This document shows, piece by piece, positions 28,361 through 37,599 of a DNA stretch of 64,000 nucleotides. Position 1 is the stretch's first letter. Every line of letters starts with the position of its first letter. A model generated the notes under the pieces. The model ran no database searches. It was not told where the DNA came from and saw nothing but the letters and a program-made list of their open reading frames with translations. Origin of the DNA: Desulfobacterales bacterium. GTDB lineage: Bacteria; Desulfobacterota; Desulfobacteria; Desulfobacterales; JAHDSC01. The translations under genes and the position numbers were made by a program. The stretch is taken from positions 134,718-198,717 of the forward strand of contig JAXGJZ010000001.1 of NCBI GenBank assembly GCA_040769985.1, written 5' to 3'.

Positions 28361-29920
28361 TTAACCTGAACTGTAAGGGGGGAGATTGCAGGATTTGTTT
28401 ACAGTGGTTTTGATTCGTTCCGGTCCGAAAACAACGGGTTTTCCCATCGATTTGGCAATGGATCGCATCATTCCGCCAAAAATCCATTTGTGAAACAGAT
28501 ATAATACAGACCAGTATAAAATTCCTATGAGTCCCCGAGGCAAAAATCGCGCGAGCTGCTGGAGTTCGGTTCGGTTTTTTTCAATCGGCGTAATTCGAAA
28601 TTCCATCAATGCCTCTCCCGGAAGCTTCATTTCGGCCAACAACAGCAATCGATGAGGTGGATCCACCTCCAGCACGCGCCAAAAATCCAGGGCATCCCCC
28701 ACATATAATTGAGAAGGGTGCCTTCTACCTCGTCGCAATCCCACTCCACCCAATAGACGATCTAAATCCCCTCGAAGTCGCCACAGGGAATTTCCAAAAT
28801 ACCAGCCCCTTATTCCACCGATCCGGGTAATCGGTTCCCACACCTCCTCGGCCGTTGCCTGAAGTTGAATCCGGTAACCGCATTCCAAAATGGTACCTCC
28901 CGCATAGTCGGCATCCCCGCAATAGGTCCATTCGGGCATGGTCACTACTCCGGCATCGGACCACCGGGTTTCCACCGCTTCTTGCTGAATGCGTTCCAGC
29001 GCCAAACGAATGGCTTCACTGCAAGTTAAAAGTCTTTGAGGGATAATGGTACGGATACGATTCTCCCTGCAGATCACCGGAATGTTCAAACCCTCTGCCA
29101 GCGGAATGGCAATGGACGCCGGTACAGGCGTAATCCAGTGAATCCAGTATGCACTGAGTTTCGGGGTTAGATAAGGTAAAGGAATAATTAATCGTTTGGT
29201 AAGATGGGCTTCCTCCGCGTAGATCTCTATGAGTTTCCGATAGGTGAGTACATCCGGGCCGCCGATGTCATAAGTTTGTCCTTTTGTTTCTTCCGATTCG
29301 AGGCAACCCTGTAAATATTTTAATACGTTGCGGATGGCAATCGGTTGACAGAGGGTGTTAACCCAGTGAGGGGTGATCATTACCGGTAAACGCTCCGACA
29401 AATAACGCAGAATTTCAAAAGAAGCGCTTCCCGATCCCAAAATCATGGCCGCGCGGAGGAATGTGGTCGAAACCACTCCGGATTGCAGAATCTTGGCAAC
29501 CTCGAATCGAGATCGTAAATGTTTGCTCATCCGGGGATTATCCGGGTCTCCCAAACCTCCCAGATAAATGATTTGTTCCAGACCTGTTTCGGCCGCTGCC
29601 GCAACCATGTTTTCAGCAGCGCTTCGATCCGCTTCTTCAAAATTTTTTTGTTGAGGATTCATGGAGTGCACAAGATAGTAGGCCGCCCGACATCCCGCCA
29701 TGGCCTTTTTCAGCGATTCGAAATCCAGTGCATCTCCTTTTACAATTTCCACCATTGGATGATTTCCCCAGGGACGGGATTTTAATTTGGTTTCGGATCT
29801 TCCCATCGCTCGAATGCGGTAACCCGATTCCAGCAGCCTGGGTATCAATCGTCCCCCGACATATCCTGTGGCGCCGGTTACCAAAATTGGTTTTGTGGGC
29901 ATCGAGAAATTCTCCTTCAT
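28361..29920 (-). CDS. NAD(P)-binding SDR-family protein fused to a DUF2867-like C-terminal domain
   Basis: ILVTGATGYVGGRLIPRLLESGY Rossmann motif. The roughly 500-aa length and the C-terminal hydrophobic tail fit the SDR+DUF2867 architecture. Confidence 0.7.
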   Translation of the reverse strand: MKENFSMPTKPILVTGATGYVGGRLIPRLLESGYRIRAMGRSETKLKSRPWGNHPMVEIVKGDALDFESLKKAMAGCRAAYYLVHSMNPQQKNFEEADRSAAENMVAAAAETGLEQIIYLGGLGDPDNPRMSKHLRSRFEVAKILQSGVVSTTFLRAAMILGSGSASFEILRYLSERLPVMITPHWVNTLCQPIAIRNVLKYLQGCLESEETKGQTYDIGGPDVLTYRKLIEIYAEEAHLTKRLIIPLPYLTPKLSAYWIHWITPVPASIAIPLAEGLNIPVICRENRIRTIIPQRLLTCSEAIRLALERIQQEAVETRWSDAGVVTMPEWTYCGDADYAGGTILECGYRIQLQATAEEVWEPITRIGGIRGWYFGNSLWRLRGDLDRLLGGVGLRRGRRHPSQLYVGDALDFWRVLEVDPPHRLLLLAEMKLPGEALMEFRITPIEKNRTELQQLARFLPRGLIGILYWSVLYLFHKWIFGGMMRSIAKSMGKPVVFGPERIKTTVNKSCNLPPYSSG

Positions 29921-30046
29921 CGATTATGTCGGAGTTTATTGAAAAACAGCTTTTGTTTAGCAATGAGTGAGGGAAATGCCGACCGAATATTGTCCGGGAT
30001 TCGGATTCGTCGGTCGGCTAATAATTTTTTTTGTATACGGACCGGC

Positions 30047-31564
30047 TTATCGGGGTTTTTCAAAATCCTCTTGGGACCTCATGCGTGATCTCAAATCATA
30101 CCAATCCGATAATTGCTGGATCTGCTCGGAAAGTTGATATCGGCCATCGGCGAAGACGCCATAATCTCCTCCGCCGGCCATTGCCGAGGTAAAGCGAATG
30201 GTATTGGCATAAAAAAGCCATGAATTCGCCCAATTTTTTTCGATCGCCTCATCGAAGGGACTGCAACCGGAATCAATTCCACAGGCGTATCCGGCTTTCC
30301 AGATTTTTAGCATGATATCCGTTGAAGCCATAATCGCCTCGTTGCTTTTCGAAATCGTATTTTCATACCGCAGCCAGTGGCCACGAACCCAGGAGGAGTC
30401 ATGACAGTTCAAACAGCCGGCCTGCATGATTTGAGTACGGGCTTTTCTTTCATTATCATCGATCAGGTAATTCGAAGCCATTTCACCATTAAAACCGGTG
30501 GGAAGCGGCAACCCGTCTTTATTTCGAATTAGTGCGGTATCCGGATCTTTCGGGTGCGGATGGGCGTAAATCAAGCCGAAAATACGCCACGACAGCCGAT
30601 TACTTACTTGATGGGTTCTTTCCAGCACCAGTTCCTGATTGGTGTTTACAAGCAGACTGATGTGACATGCGGCGCAGGTTGGGGCAGTGAAGTCCTTCCC
30701 GATTGTCCAGGGGACCGGTTTGAAATCCCATTCCTTGTTCATGGCTGAAAAAATATTCCCGTGCTTACTGGTTTCATAAACCTTGAATGCCGGAACGTCC
30801 GGTCCTATGTGGCATTCCTTGCAGGTATAGGGTTTCCGGGCCATTTCAATGGAAAAAGTGTGACGGGTATGGCAGGATGAACAGGCTCCCCGGCTGCCGT
30901 CCAGGTTGATACGACCGACGCCTTGGTTTGGCCACCCCTTGATTTTGGGAAATTCCATTTCACCCAGTGCGGTATCCCGGGTTTCGAAACCGGTTTTTTC
31001 CAGTTTCGTGCCGTGGCAGTAAAGGCAGGATTCCTCTTGCGTTGCGGTGTCGGCCGGATTAAAAACAATTTTTCCGTTTTTTCGTTTCGGTTCACCTTCG
31101 ATTGTTTGCTTCAGATCCTGATAAACAGGATTATTTACCAGATTTCCATAGGCGTGTGCCATGAGGTTTCTGGAGTACTGTTCCATCTCTTGTGTATGGC
31201 AGGTGGCGCAGTCTTCCGGACTGACGACAACATGGATATCATACCCATTATGGTCGAAAGTATCCGCGTGTTCCTTCGGCCGGAGGGTATGACACTCCCG
31301 GCAGCCTACCGAGGTGTTTTGAAGATCCTCGGGGACCGATTTCGCGGAAACTTTGAGCCCCGGGCCCTTAACGGTCATGGCCTGTTTTGGGGTAATCATG
31401 GAATGCCGGCTTGTTCGCCAGGCTTCGGCGATACCGGGATGGGTCATGGCGTGACACTCCAAACACTCCTGAGTGGCCTCACTTATGGGAGCCTCAACGC
31501 CAACAGCTGCCGGAGCGGTTAAAAAATTCAAAATCAAAAACAGGATCAGAGAGATTTTTTTCAT
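30047..31564 (-). CDS. Secreted octaheme c-type cytochrome, hydroxylamine oxidoreductase (HAO) family
   Basis: Signal peptide MKKISLILFLILNFLTAPAAVG. Eight CxxCH motifs: CLECH, CRECH, CATCH, CLYCH, CSSCH, CKECH, CAACH, CLNCH. The flanks are collinear with N. europaea HAO, for example CSSCHTRHTFS...RKPYTCKECH against CDNCHTRHEFS...RKPEACATCH, and APTCAACH. Confidence 0.85.
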   Translation of the reverse strand: MKKISLILFLILNFLTAPAAVGVEAPISEATQECLECHAMTHPGIAEAWRTSRHSMITPKQAMTVKGPGLKVSAKSVPEDLQNTSVGCRECHTLRPKEHADTFDHNGYDIHVVVSPEDCATCHTQEMEQYSRNLMAHAYGNLVNNPVYQDLKQTIEGEPKRKNGKIVFNPADTATQEESCLYCHGTKLEKTGFETRDTALGEMEFPKIKGWPNQGVGRINLDGSRGACSSCHTRHTFSIEMARKPYTCKECHIGPDVPAFKVYETSKHGNIFSAMNKEWDFKPVPWTIGKDFTAPTCAACHISLLVNTNQELVLERTHQVSNRLSWRIFGLIYAHPHPKDPDTALIRNKDGLPLPTGFNGEMASNYLIDDNERKARTQIMQAGCLNCHDSSWVRGHWLRYENTISKSNEAIMASTDIMLKIWKAGYACGIDSGCSPFDEAIEKNWANSWLFYANTIRFTSAMAGGGDYGVFADGRYQLSEQIQQLSDWYDLRSRMRSQEDFEKPR

Positions 31565-31693
31565 GATGTCCTCCTCATTTTGGATTTTGAAAGGCTCTTT
31601 TTATAATCCTGCCCTTTCCGTTTCAGGGGGTTTCAGATCGAATCCAAGTTAAACTTGAAAACAATGGGTCATAAAAGCTTATCCGAAATAGGC

Positions 31694-32107
31694 TTAAAAC
31701 CCGATGCTCGAATTCAATGAAATAATCAGTTTACCGTTTTCGGCTTCTACGGGATAGGTTTTTATGGGACTTTTTGCAGCTCCGGAAATAGGGCTGCCGG
31801 AATAATCATAGGTAGATTGAAACACACTGCAACAGCGTATGTTCCGGGTGCCGGCAACCGGATCAATTCGTCTTCCCATGTGGGCGCAGCAGTTTCGGAA
31901 GGCATGGAACTTTCCGTCCGCATCGAAAAGCAGCAGAATTCTTTCCGGAAGTTTTTTCCCCTCGAGGCGAATGGCGTTTCCCGGTTCAGAGAGTTCCGGC
32001 AATTTTTTCAAATCAAGCACCACCCTGTCATCCGTATACCACCAGGCTTCCGGTTCAATGGGAGGTTTCGTTTCACAAATACCGAATATTCGTTTCAGCA
32101 GAGACAT
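31694..32107 (-). CDS. Rieske-like domain protein with a non-canonical second ligand motif
   Basis: FHAFRNCCAHMGRRI supplies the CxH box. The second box reads RCCSVFQSTYDYSG where CPxHGSxYD is expected, so Phe replaces His. Confidence 0.55.
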   Translation of the reverse strand: MSLLKRIFGICETKPPIEPEAWWYTDDRVVLDLKKLPELSEPGNAIRLEGKKLPERILLLFDADGKFHAFRNCCAHMGRRIDPVAGTRNIRCCSVFQSTYDYSGSPISGAAKSPIKTYPVEAENGKLIISLNSSIGF

Positions 32108-32134
32108 TTTTGACCTTTTTGAAGAAATTCTTTT

Positions 32135-33532
32135 TTAGATTGTCCGGTTTTTTTGAAAAAATCGAATTCTTTTTTCCACTTTTTCAAGATATGCGTGAAT
32201 GTCGCATTTCCTTTCCAGGCCGGAAGCGGACATGTAACGGATTTTACCGAAAATCGGACGCTCATTCCATGCTCGATCGTGAAGACCGAATAACCATGCG
32301 ACGCCGGCATAGGAGTTGGGATCGCGGCCGTCAATAAAGTATTTGTTGTTGATTGCCAGGGCCGTTCTAAAGGCATTTTCAGGCGAGTCGCTCCATTCCA
32401 AGATTTTTTTGCCCCAATACATGCGCATGTAGCCATGCATGAATCCGGTATATTTCATTTCCTTCATTGAGGCATTCCAATAGTCATCATGCGTCTTTGC
32501 GTTTTCGAGCTGTTCCCGGGTATAAATAGGCTCCCGCTTGTCGGCTCGATGCTCCGCAAGGGTCTTTTTTGCCCAGTCCGGCAGACAGTCAAACGAATCA
32601 TACGCTTGATTATAGTGAACGAAGTTGATTGACAGTTCCCGCCTTACGATCAGTTCTTCCAGAAAGGTCTCTTTTTCTTTTTGTAGTTGATCGTCCGCAT
32701 TCTTAATTTGCAGCGCGATATGGAGCGGTGAGATTTGACCGAAATGCAGATACAAACTCATTTGAGAGGTATCATCGGTCTGCGGTTGGTTTCGATTCCT
32801 ACCGTACCGAGGAAGCCCGTTGCGGATAAATTTTTTCAAAGACTTTTTTGCCGAGGTTGTTCCGCCTTTCAAGAAGGGGCTCACGGCAGGTACGCTCCGG
32901 TCGATGTTCAAATCCTTTAACAGTAAATCGATGTCCGTCAGGTCCAGACTATTAACATTCAGGTTGAGCGAATCTTTTTTTAAACGGCCATGCCGAAATC
33001 GGACAAGGCTGGAATCCATGTTTTTTTTAATTTTCGAACGAATGGTTCGAGCGGCATATTCTGCTTTGTCGGAAACGATTTCAACCGGCACAATCACATC
33101 GCTTTCAACCTGAACCACTGCGCAGTGGGCTTTAAGGGAGACTTCGTTTCGCCAGGCTTTTTGATGCTTCAGATAGCCCCGGTCGCAAACGATAAGAGAT
33201 GCGTCCGCACCCAGAATCAAGGCGATTACCGAAGGACAGCCCCGTTGAATCACCATTTTGATGCCCCTGTCACTCAGTGCGGATTGGGTTTCTTTCAGCC
33301 CTTGAAGCATAAAAGTATAATGACGCAGGTTGGCCTCCGGGTAATGCGCACTCAATCCAAAAACGACAAGCAGTTTCTGCCCCAATTTGTTGGCTTTATG
33401 TATCGCAAATTCCAGGGCGTGATTGTATTCCAGACGTTGGGACTGCTGCATCCAGTACATCACATAACTGCCGTTTCTTATTCGCAGGCTGTTCAAGCCT
33501 TGAATGCGGGTTCTTGGGATTGTCGTTTGCAT
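32135..33532 (-). CDS. phr: Deoxyribodipyrimidine photolyase, class II CPD type
   Basis: YVMYWMQQSQRLEYNHAL...LVVFGL...GFMHGYMRMYWGKKILEW...NSYAGVAWLFGLHDRAW are class II photolyase signatures. Confidence 0.85.
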   Translation of the reverse strand: MQTTIPRTRIQGLNSLRIRNGSYVMYWMQQSQRLEYNHALEFAIHKANKLGQKLLVVFGLSAHYPEANLRHYTFMLQGLKETQSALSDRGIKMVIQRGCPSVIALILGADASLIVCDRGYLKHQKAWRNEVSLKAHCAVVQVESDVIVPVEIVSDKAEYAARTIRSKIKKNMDSSLVRFRHGRLKKDSLNLNVNSLDLTDIDLLLKDLNIDRSVPAVSPFLKGGTTSAKKSLKKFIRNGLPRYGRNRNQPQTDDTSQMSLYLHFGQISPLHIALQIKNADDQLQKEKETFLEELIVRRELSINFVHYNQAYDSFDCLPDWAKKTLAEHRADKREPIYTREQLENAKTHDDYWNASMKEMKYTGFMHGYMRMYWGKKILEWSDSPENAFRTALAINNKYFIDGRDPNSYAGVAWLFGLHDRAWNERPIFGKIRYMSASGLERKCDIHAYLEKVEKRIRFFQKNRTI

Positions 33533-33638
33533 ACCTGTTTTTAATGCTTTTGTTCAAGTATTTGAAAAGGACTTTTAGCTGCAGTAAAGAAAGGGGCCAC
33601 AAACGAAAAGCACCCGATACACGGTGCCTTGATCAACG

Positions 33639-34244
33639 TTATCTGGAAAGCATTCCCCGGCTGACTGCTTCTTCAATGAGGTTAATGGTATATTCCCAGA
33701 GAAAGGGGGCCTCATGCTTCGTAATTTCGTTTCTTGCAAGCACCTGCCTGCTGATCACATGATTTTTCTGCCAGGTTTTACCGTTGTTATGGTAGTTGTG
33801 CAAGACAGGCTGCAGCCTGTCGAGCGCAGCCGCAAAAAGCGATTCCGAAGAAGTTTGAGCTTCGAATTCATTCCATAGAGTGCGAAATTCTTCTCCCTGA
33901 TCCTTCGGCAGCAAATTGAAAATACGATCCGCCGCCTTTTGTTCTCTTAATTCCTTGTCTTCGCATTTCTGCGCACTGTAACAGAAGGTGTCGCCTGCGT
34001 CGATTTCAACCAGGTCATGAATCAACAGCATTTTCAGGACCCGCAACCAATCGATTGCCGCATTTTGGGCATATTCGGATAATACAATGGCCATAATTGC
34101 AACGTGCCATGAGTGCTCAGCGGAATTTTCCTGTCGACTACCGTCCATCAGAATCGTTTGCCGCGATATGCGTTTCAGTTTGTCAATTTCTTTTATAAAC
34201 CGAATTTGTTTTTCGAACCTGCTGCTTTCCATTTTTTTTACCAT
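33639..34244 (-). CDS. HD-domain hydrolase, YfbR-like 5'-nucleotidase family
   Basis: ENSAEHSWHVAIMAIVL...LLIHDLVEIDAGDT (H...HD...D metal site). Confidence 0.75.
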   Translation of the reverse strand: MVKKMESSRFEKQIRFIKEIDKLKRISRQTILMDGSRQENSAEHSWHVAIMAIVLSEYAQNAAIDWLRVLKMLLIHDLVEIDAGDTFCYSAQKCEDKELREQKAADRIFNLLPKDQGEEFRTLWNEFEAQTSSESLFAAALDRLQPVLHNYHNNGKTWQKNHVISRQVLARNEITKHEAPFLWEYTINLIEEAVSRGMLSR

Positions 34245-35003
34245 ATCGATGATCGGGCGTTTTTTAAATGCGGATCGTTCAGTTCTCGCGATGCGGTTGA
34301 GCCTCGGAGTTTACCCTTTCGAGAATTTTTTGCAGGGCGATGCGGATGAATGATGCAAAACCGTCATCACCGGACGGATCAATTTCAAGTGACTGGATGC
34401 CCGTTTTTCAAAAAGCCGTGAGTTTTGAAAAATTCCGGAAGAACGGAAATGCGATCCATGAGCAAGGCCTGGCATCAGCAATACCGTTAGACCTGCCTGA
34501 AAGATGATTTTGCGGATCAAGCCGGATGCAGAGACTTAAATGCCCCCACCAGAAAATGGATTCAGGCCATGGATATTAGCTACCATTGCCCAATCGTATG
34601 CGTCAATGAAAAACTCTATAAATACCCAAGGTTCTTGGCTATCCATTTAATATTTTAACAGACGGTTTGTTTCTGGCGACCATGAAAACGTCTCGAATTT
34701 GGTGCGATGAGCTTTTTTTCATCAGATTAAAAATTTTTCCTTATGTACAAATTAAAATGGATTGTGTTAGAAAACTCTAAATCCAGCCCGATGATGTTGT
34801 GCGAGAGTTTTTTCGAACCCGTATCCGAGTTCTCAGGCCGCATTTTATTTATTTGTGCAGAATGATTATAAACAAAAAATCGACCTGCTCCGCGATGCAA
34901 TTGTTCCGATTGATTGGAAGCCCGTTGGTTGTTAGAACGCTTTTTCATCCATATAACAACCAAGCGACTCCGTGCTAAAAAGTTCACATGGAAAGTGAGT
35001 CTC

Positions 35004-35708
35004 ATGTTCACCGAAACCATATCCTATCCGGCGGCTCTTCTGGCCGGGCTAATCTCTTTTTTTTCGCCTTGCATCCTTCCGCTTATGCCGGCTTATTTTT
35101 CCTTTATAACGGGTGTTTCTTTGGAAGATCTGACAGGGGAGGGGGATAAAAAACTCAGGAAAAAAATATTGTTTTCCACTTTATTATTTGTTTTTGGTTT
35201 TTCATTCATATTCATTCTATTGGGCGCTTCCGCTTCCTACCTCGGAGGTTTGATTTATCGGTATAAAAAGTTAATCATAATACTCGGCGGTGTGCTAATT
35301 GTTATATTTGGTATCCATCTGATCGGTATCTTTCGCATTCGTTATCTTCATTACGACAAGCGGATCCATTTGGGTAGCAAGCCGTTGCATTTTTTAGGGT
35401 CTTTTATTGTCGGTATGGCGTTTGGAGCCGGCTGGAGTCCCTGCATCGGTCCAATTCTGGGATCGATGCTCATTATCGCCGGCAGCAAGGAAACGGTCTG
35501 GCAGGGAATTCTGCTGCTTAGCGTCTATTCTGTTGGATTGGCGATACCGTTTATCATCCTGTCTGTTTTTATCAATTTTTTGCTCCGCATATTTTATCGA
35601 ATTACCCCGATCATGAAATATATAAATGGCGTCGCAGGAATCCTGCTGATTCTGGTGGGAATCTTTTTGATAAGCAACAACCTTCCTTTATTATCCATCT
35701 GGGATTAA
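35004..35708 (+). CDS. ccdA: Cytochrome c biogenesis thiol-disulfide transporter CcdA (DsbD transmembrane-domain family)
   Basis: LISFFSPCILPLMPAYFSF and GAGWSPCIGPILGSML are the two conserved membrane Cys motifs. The ATG at 35004 is preferred over the longer ORF. Confidence 0.85.
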   Translation: MFTETISYPAALLAGLISFFSPCILPLMPAYFSFITGVSLEDLTGEGDKKLRKKILFSTLLFVFGFSFIFILLGASASYLGGLIYRYKKLIIILGGVLIVIFGIHLIGIFRIRYLHYDKRIHLGSKPLHFLGSFIVGMAFGAGWSPCIGPILGSMLIIAGSKETVWQGILLLSVYSVGLAIPFIILSVFINFLLRIFYRITPIMKYINGVAGILLILVGIFLISNNLPLLSIWD

Positions 35709-35879
35709 AATTTCCATGAGAAACAAATTTTAAAGTTTCGAGTTTTTCTGTTGATCTGTTTTATGATCTTCATCACGGCAGTATCCCCCACTTCGACATC
35801 GGAGCCTTGAATCAATCCAAACCGTTACAAAAAATGAATTTAAAAAAATACAAACGAACGGCAGGGGTGTTACTTCCGT

Positions 35880-37400
35880 TCAAATAATGACCGTCAGCAT
35901 CGCAAGCCCTAAGAAAAGCAAGGCCGTTCCCAATTTGACCTTGCCCATGTTATCCTGAAAAATACGGGTAATTCGTTCCGAGCTTATCCCTTTGTAGGTT
36001 AGAAAAAATACAAGGAACAGCGGTAATATAAAACCGACATTATAAATCGCAAGAAAAATGTAGCCTTCAATTTCCTTATCAGCCTGAACAAGATAAGCAA
36101 TGGTCGGAAAATAAATCTGGCCCGTGCATCCGAGTTCAAATACCGAAATAAAGAATCCCATTAAAAGTGAGCTTCCGATGAGTGCTGTCGATTGCGTTTG
36201 GGTTCGAATCGATTTGTGTATTCGCTGCTTCATTTTCAAAGGAAGCTGAAGTATCATATCCTTTGTTTTTCCTTTTCGTATTTTTATATAATCCCAAAGG
36301 CTTAACCCTGAAAGAATGATTAAAGCGGTAAAAAGAAGCCAATGGATCACTTGCGAAACAATTGAAAAAGATTCCGCCATTCTCAAGGTCTTGAAAAACC
36401 CGAGGCCGATAAGATAATACGTTATAAATACGGATGCGGTATAAAACAGTCCGATGACAAGAACTTCTCGTTTTCCTTTTCCGGCAAAAGACAGGGCGGC
36501 CAACAGGAATATCAGGGTTGTGAAGGCGCATGGATTGATTCCATCGAGAAGACCCGCTGTAATAACGGGCAAAAAAAGAAGTTTTTTTCCTGCGGATAAT
36601 TCAGGTGCCTCATTCAGGGCTTCCGTTTCAGTGGGAGCGATTTGAGAGAATTCTTTAATTGCCAGTTGTTTAAAAACCTGCCCAATCTGTTTATCTCCCT
36701 GAAGAACATGGTTCCTTAGAATCAATACGGGAAATGCAGTATTTTCCACATTCAGATCCTTCATTCTTCTTTGAAAGGCTACGAACACATCCGGTTTCAG
36801 GACATCAAATCTTCGAACCGCGATTGATTTTCCCAAGTCTTTTTCGAGCCTGGGAATCTCATTTTCAAGAAATTGCATGCATCTTTTGCATTTTGGGGTG
36901 AAGTAATATTCAACGGTGATTCGATCAGCCGGTTCATTATCTTTCTTATAATCTTTTTCGACTTTGGTCACGCCGGAATCGTCGGTTTCATCTTCATTCG
37001 ACACGACAATGCCTCGAATGGTATAAATAACTTTTTCCATACCCGGACGGTTTGTCGTTATAATCAGAATATATTTAAATTCCCCTTCTTCTTCTTCGAA
37101 GAAATCCAGAACAACTTTTATAGCCGCTTTTTCCCCGGGAAGAAGAATGATATGTGTCGGGCTGACATGAGCGCAGCCGCACAAGCTGATTATTTTTATC
37201 TCAAGGCTCTTTCTTTCCGTGTTTTCTGCAAAGAATTCAAAAGATCGGATACCCTCTTTTTTCACGTTTCCGAGGTCGTATTCGGTTGAAAAAAATATTC
37301 CACCGGCAACGGCTGTTGAGATCAAAAAAAACAAAAACGCGAAAGCCGCAGAAATCAGGAGGGTTCGAATGGTGGAAGCTGGATGGTGATCGCGCATCAT
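35880..37400 (-). CDS. Multidomain membrane protein: N-terminal TM, DUF1573-like beta domain, thioredoxin-like CxxC domain, and a C-terminal DsbD/CcdA-superfamily-like polytopic domain
   Basis: DUF1573-type ...SLCGCAHVSP...PGEKAAIKVVLDF. CxxC in YYFTPKCKRCMQFLE. Membrane Cys motifs LDGINPCAFTTLIF and FELGCTGQIYFP. The start is either the ATG at 37400 or the GTG at 37469. Confidence 0.55.
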   Translation of the reverse strand: MMRDHHPASTIRTLLISAAFAFLFFLISTAVAGGIFFSTEYDLGNVKKEGIRSFEFFAENTERKSLEIKIISLCGCAHVSPTHIILLPGEKAAIKVVLDFFEEEEGEFKYILIITTNRPGMEKVIYTIRGIVVSNEDETDDSGVTKVEKDYKKDNEPADRITVEYYFTPKCKRCMQFLENEIPRLEKDLGKSIAVRRFDVLKPDVFVAFQRRMKDLNVENTAFPVLILRNHVLQGDKQIGQVFKQLAIKEFSQIAPTETEALNEAPELSAGKKLLFLPVITAGLLDGINPCAFTTLIFLLAALSFAGKGKREVLVIGLFYTASVFITYYLIGLGFFKTLRMAESFSIVSQVIHWLLFTALIILSGLSLWDYIKIRKGKTKDMILQLPLKMKQRIHKSIRTQTQSTALIGSSLLMGFFISVFELGCTGQIYFPTIAYLVQADKEIEGYIFLAIYNVGFILPLFLVFFLTYKGISSERITRIFQDNMGKVKLGTALLFLGLAMLTVII

Positions 37401-37599
37401 TTTTTCCGTCCGATCTACTAACGGTGGTTTAAAATTCCGTGTGGCTTGGAGTCTATTTTTCGATGTCACGATTATCCGGGTTTTCGATACAAAAATACAT
37501 CAAAACCGCGACGGGTGCAATCGTCAGGTTTTTTTGGAGAAAGAAAAAGAAAATACGATCGGCGGGCAAACGGTTAATTCAATTCAGTGATGGTTGCTT

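Noticed and set aside
29961-30046. Hairpin GCCGACCGA...TCGGTCGGC followed by a T-run on the plus strand, downstream of the HAO-family gene
   Set aside because: The T-run follows the stem only on the plus strand, and no plus-strand gene ends there. On the minus strand the stem is followed by ATTTCCC. Assignment as the HAO terminator is unsupported.
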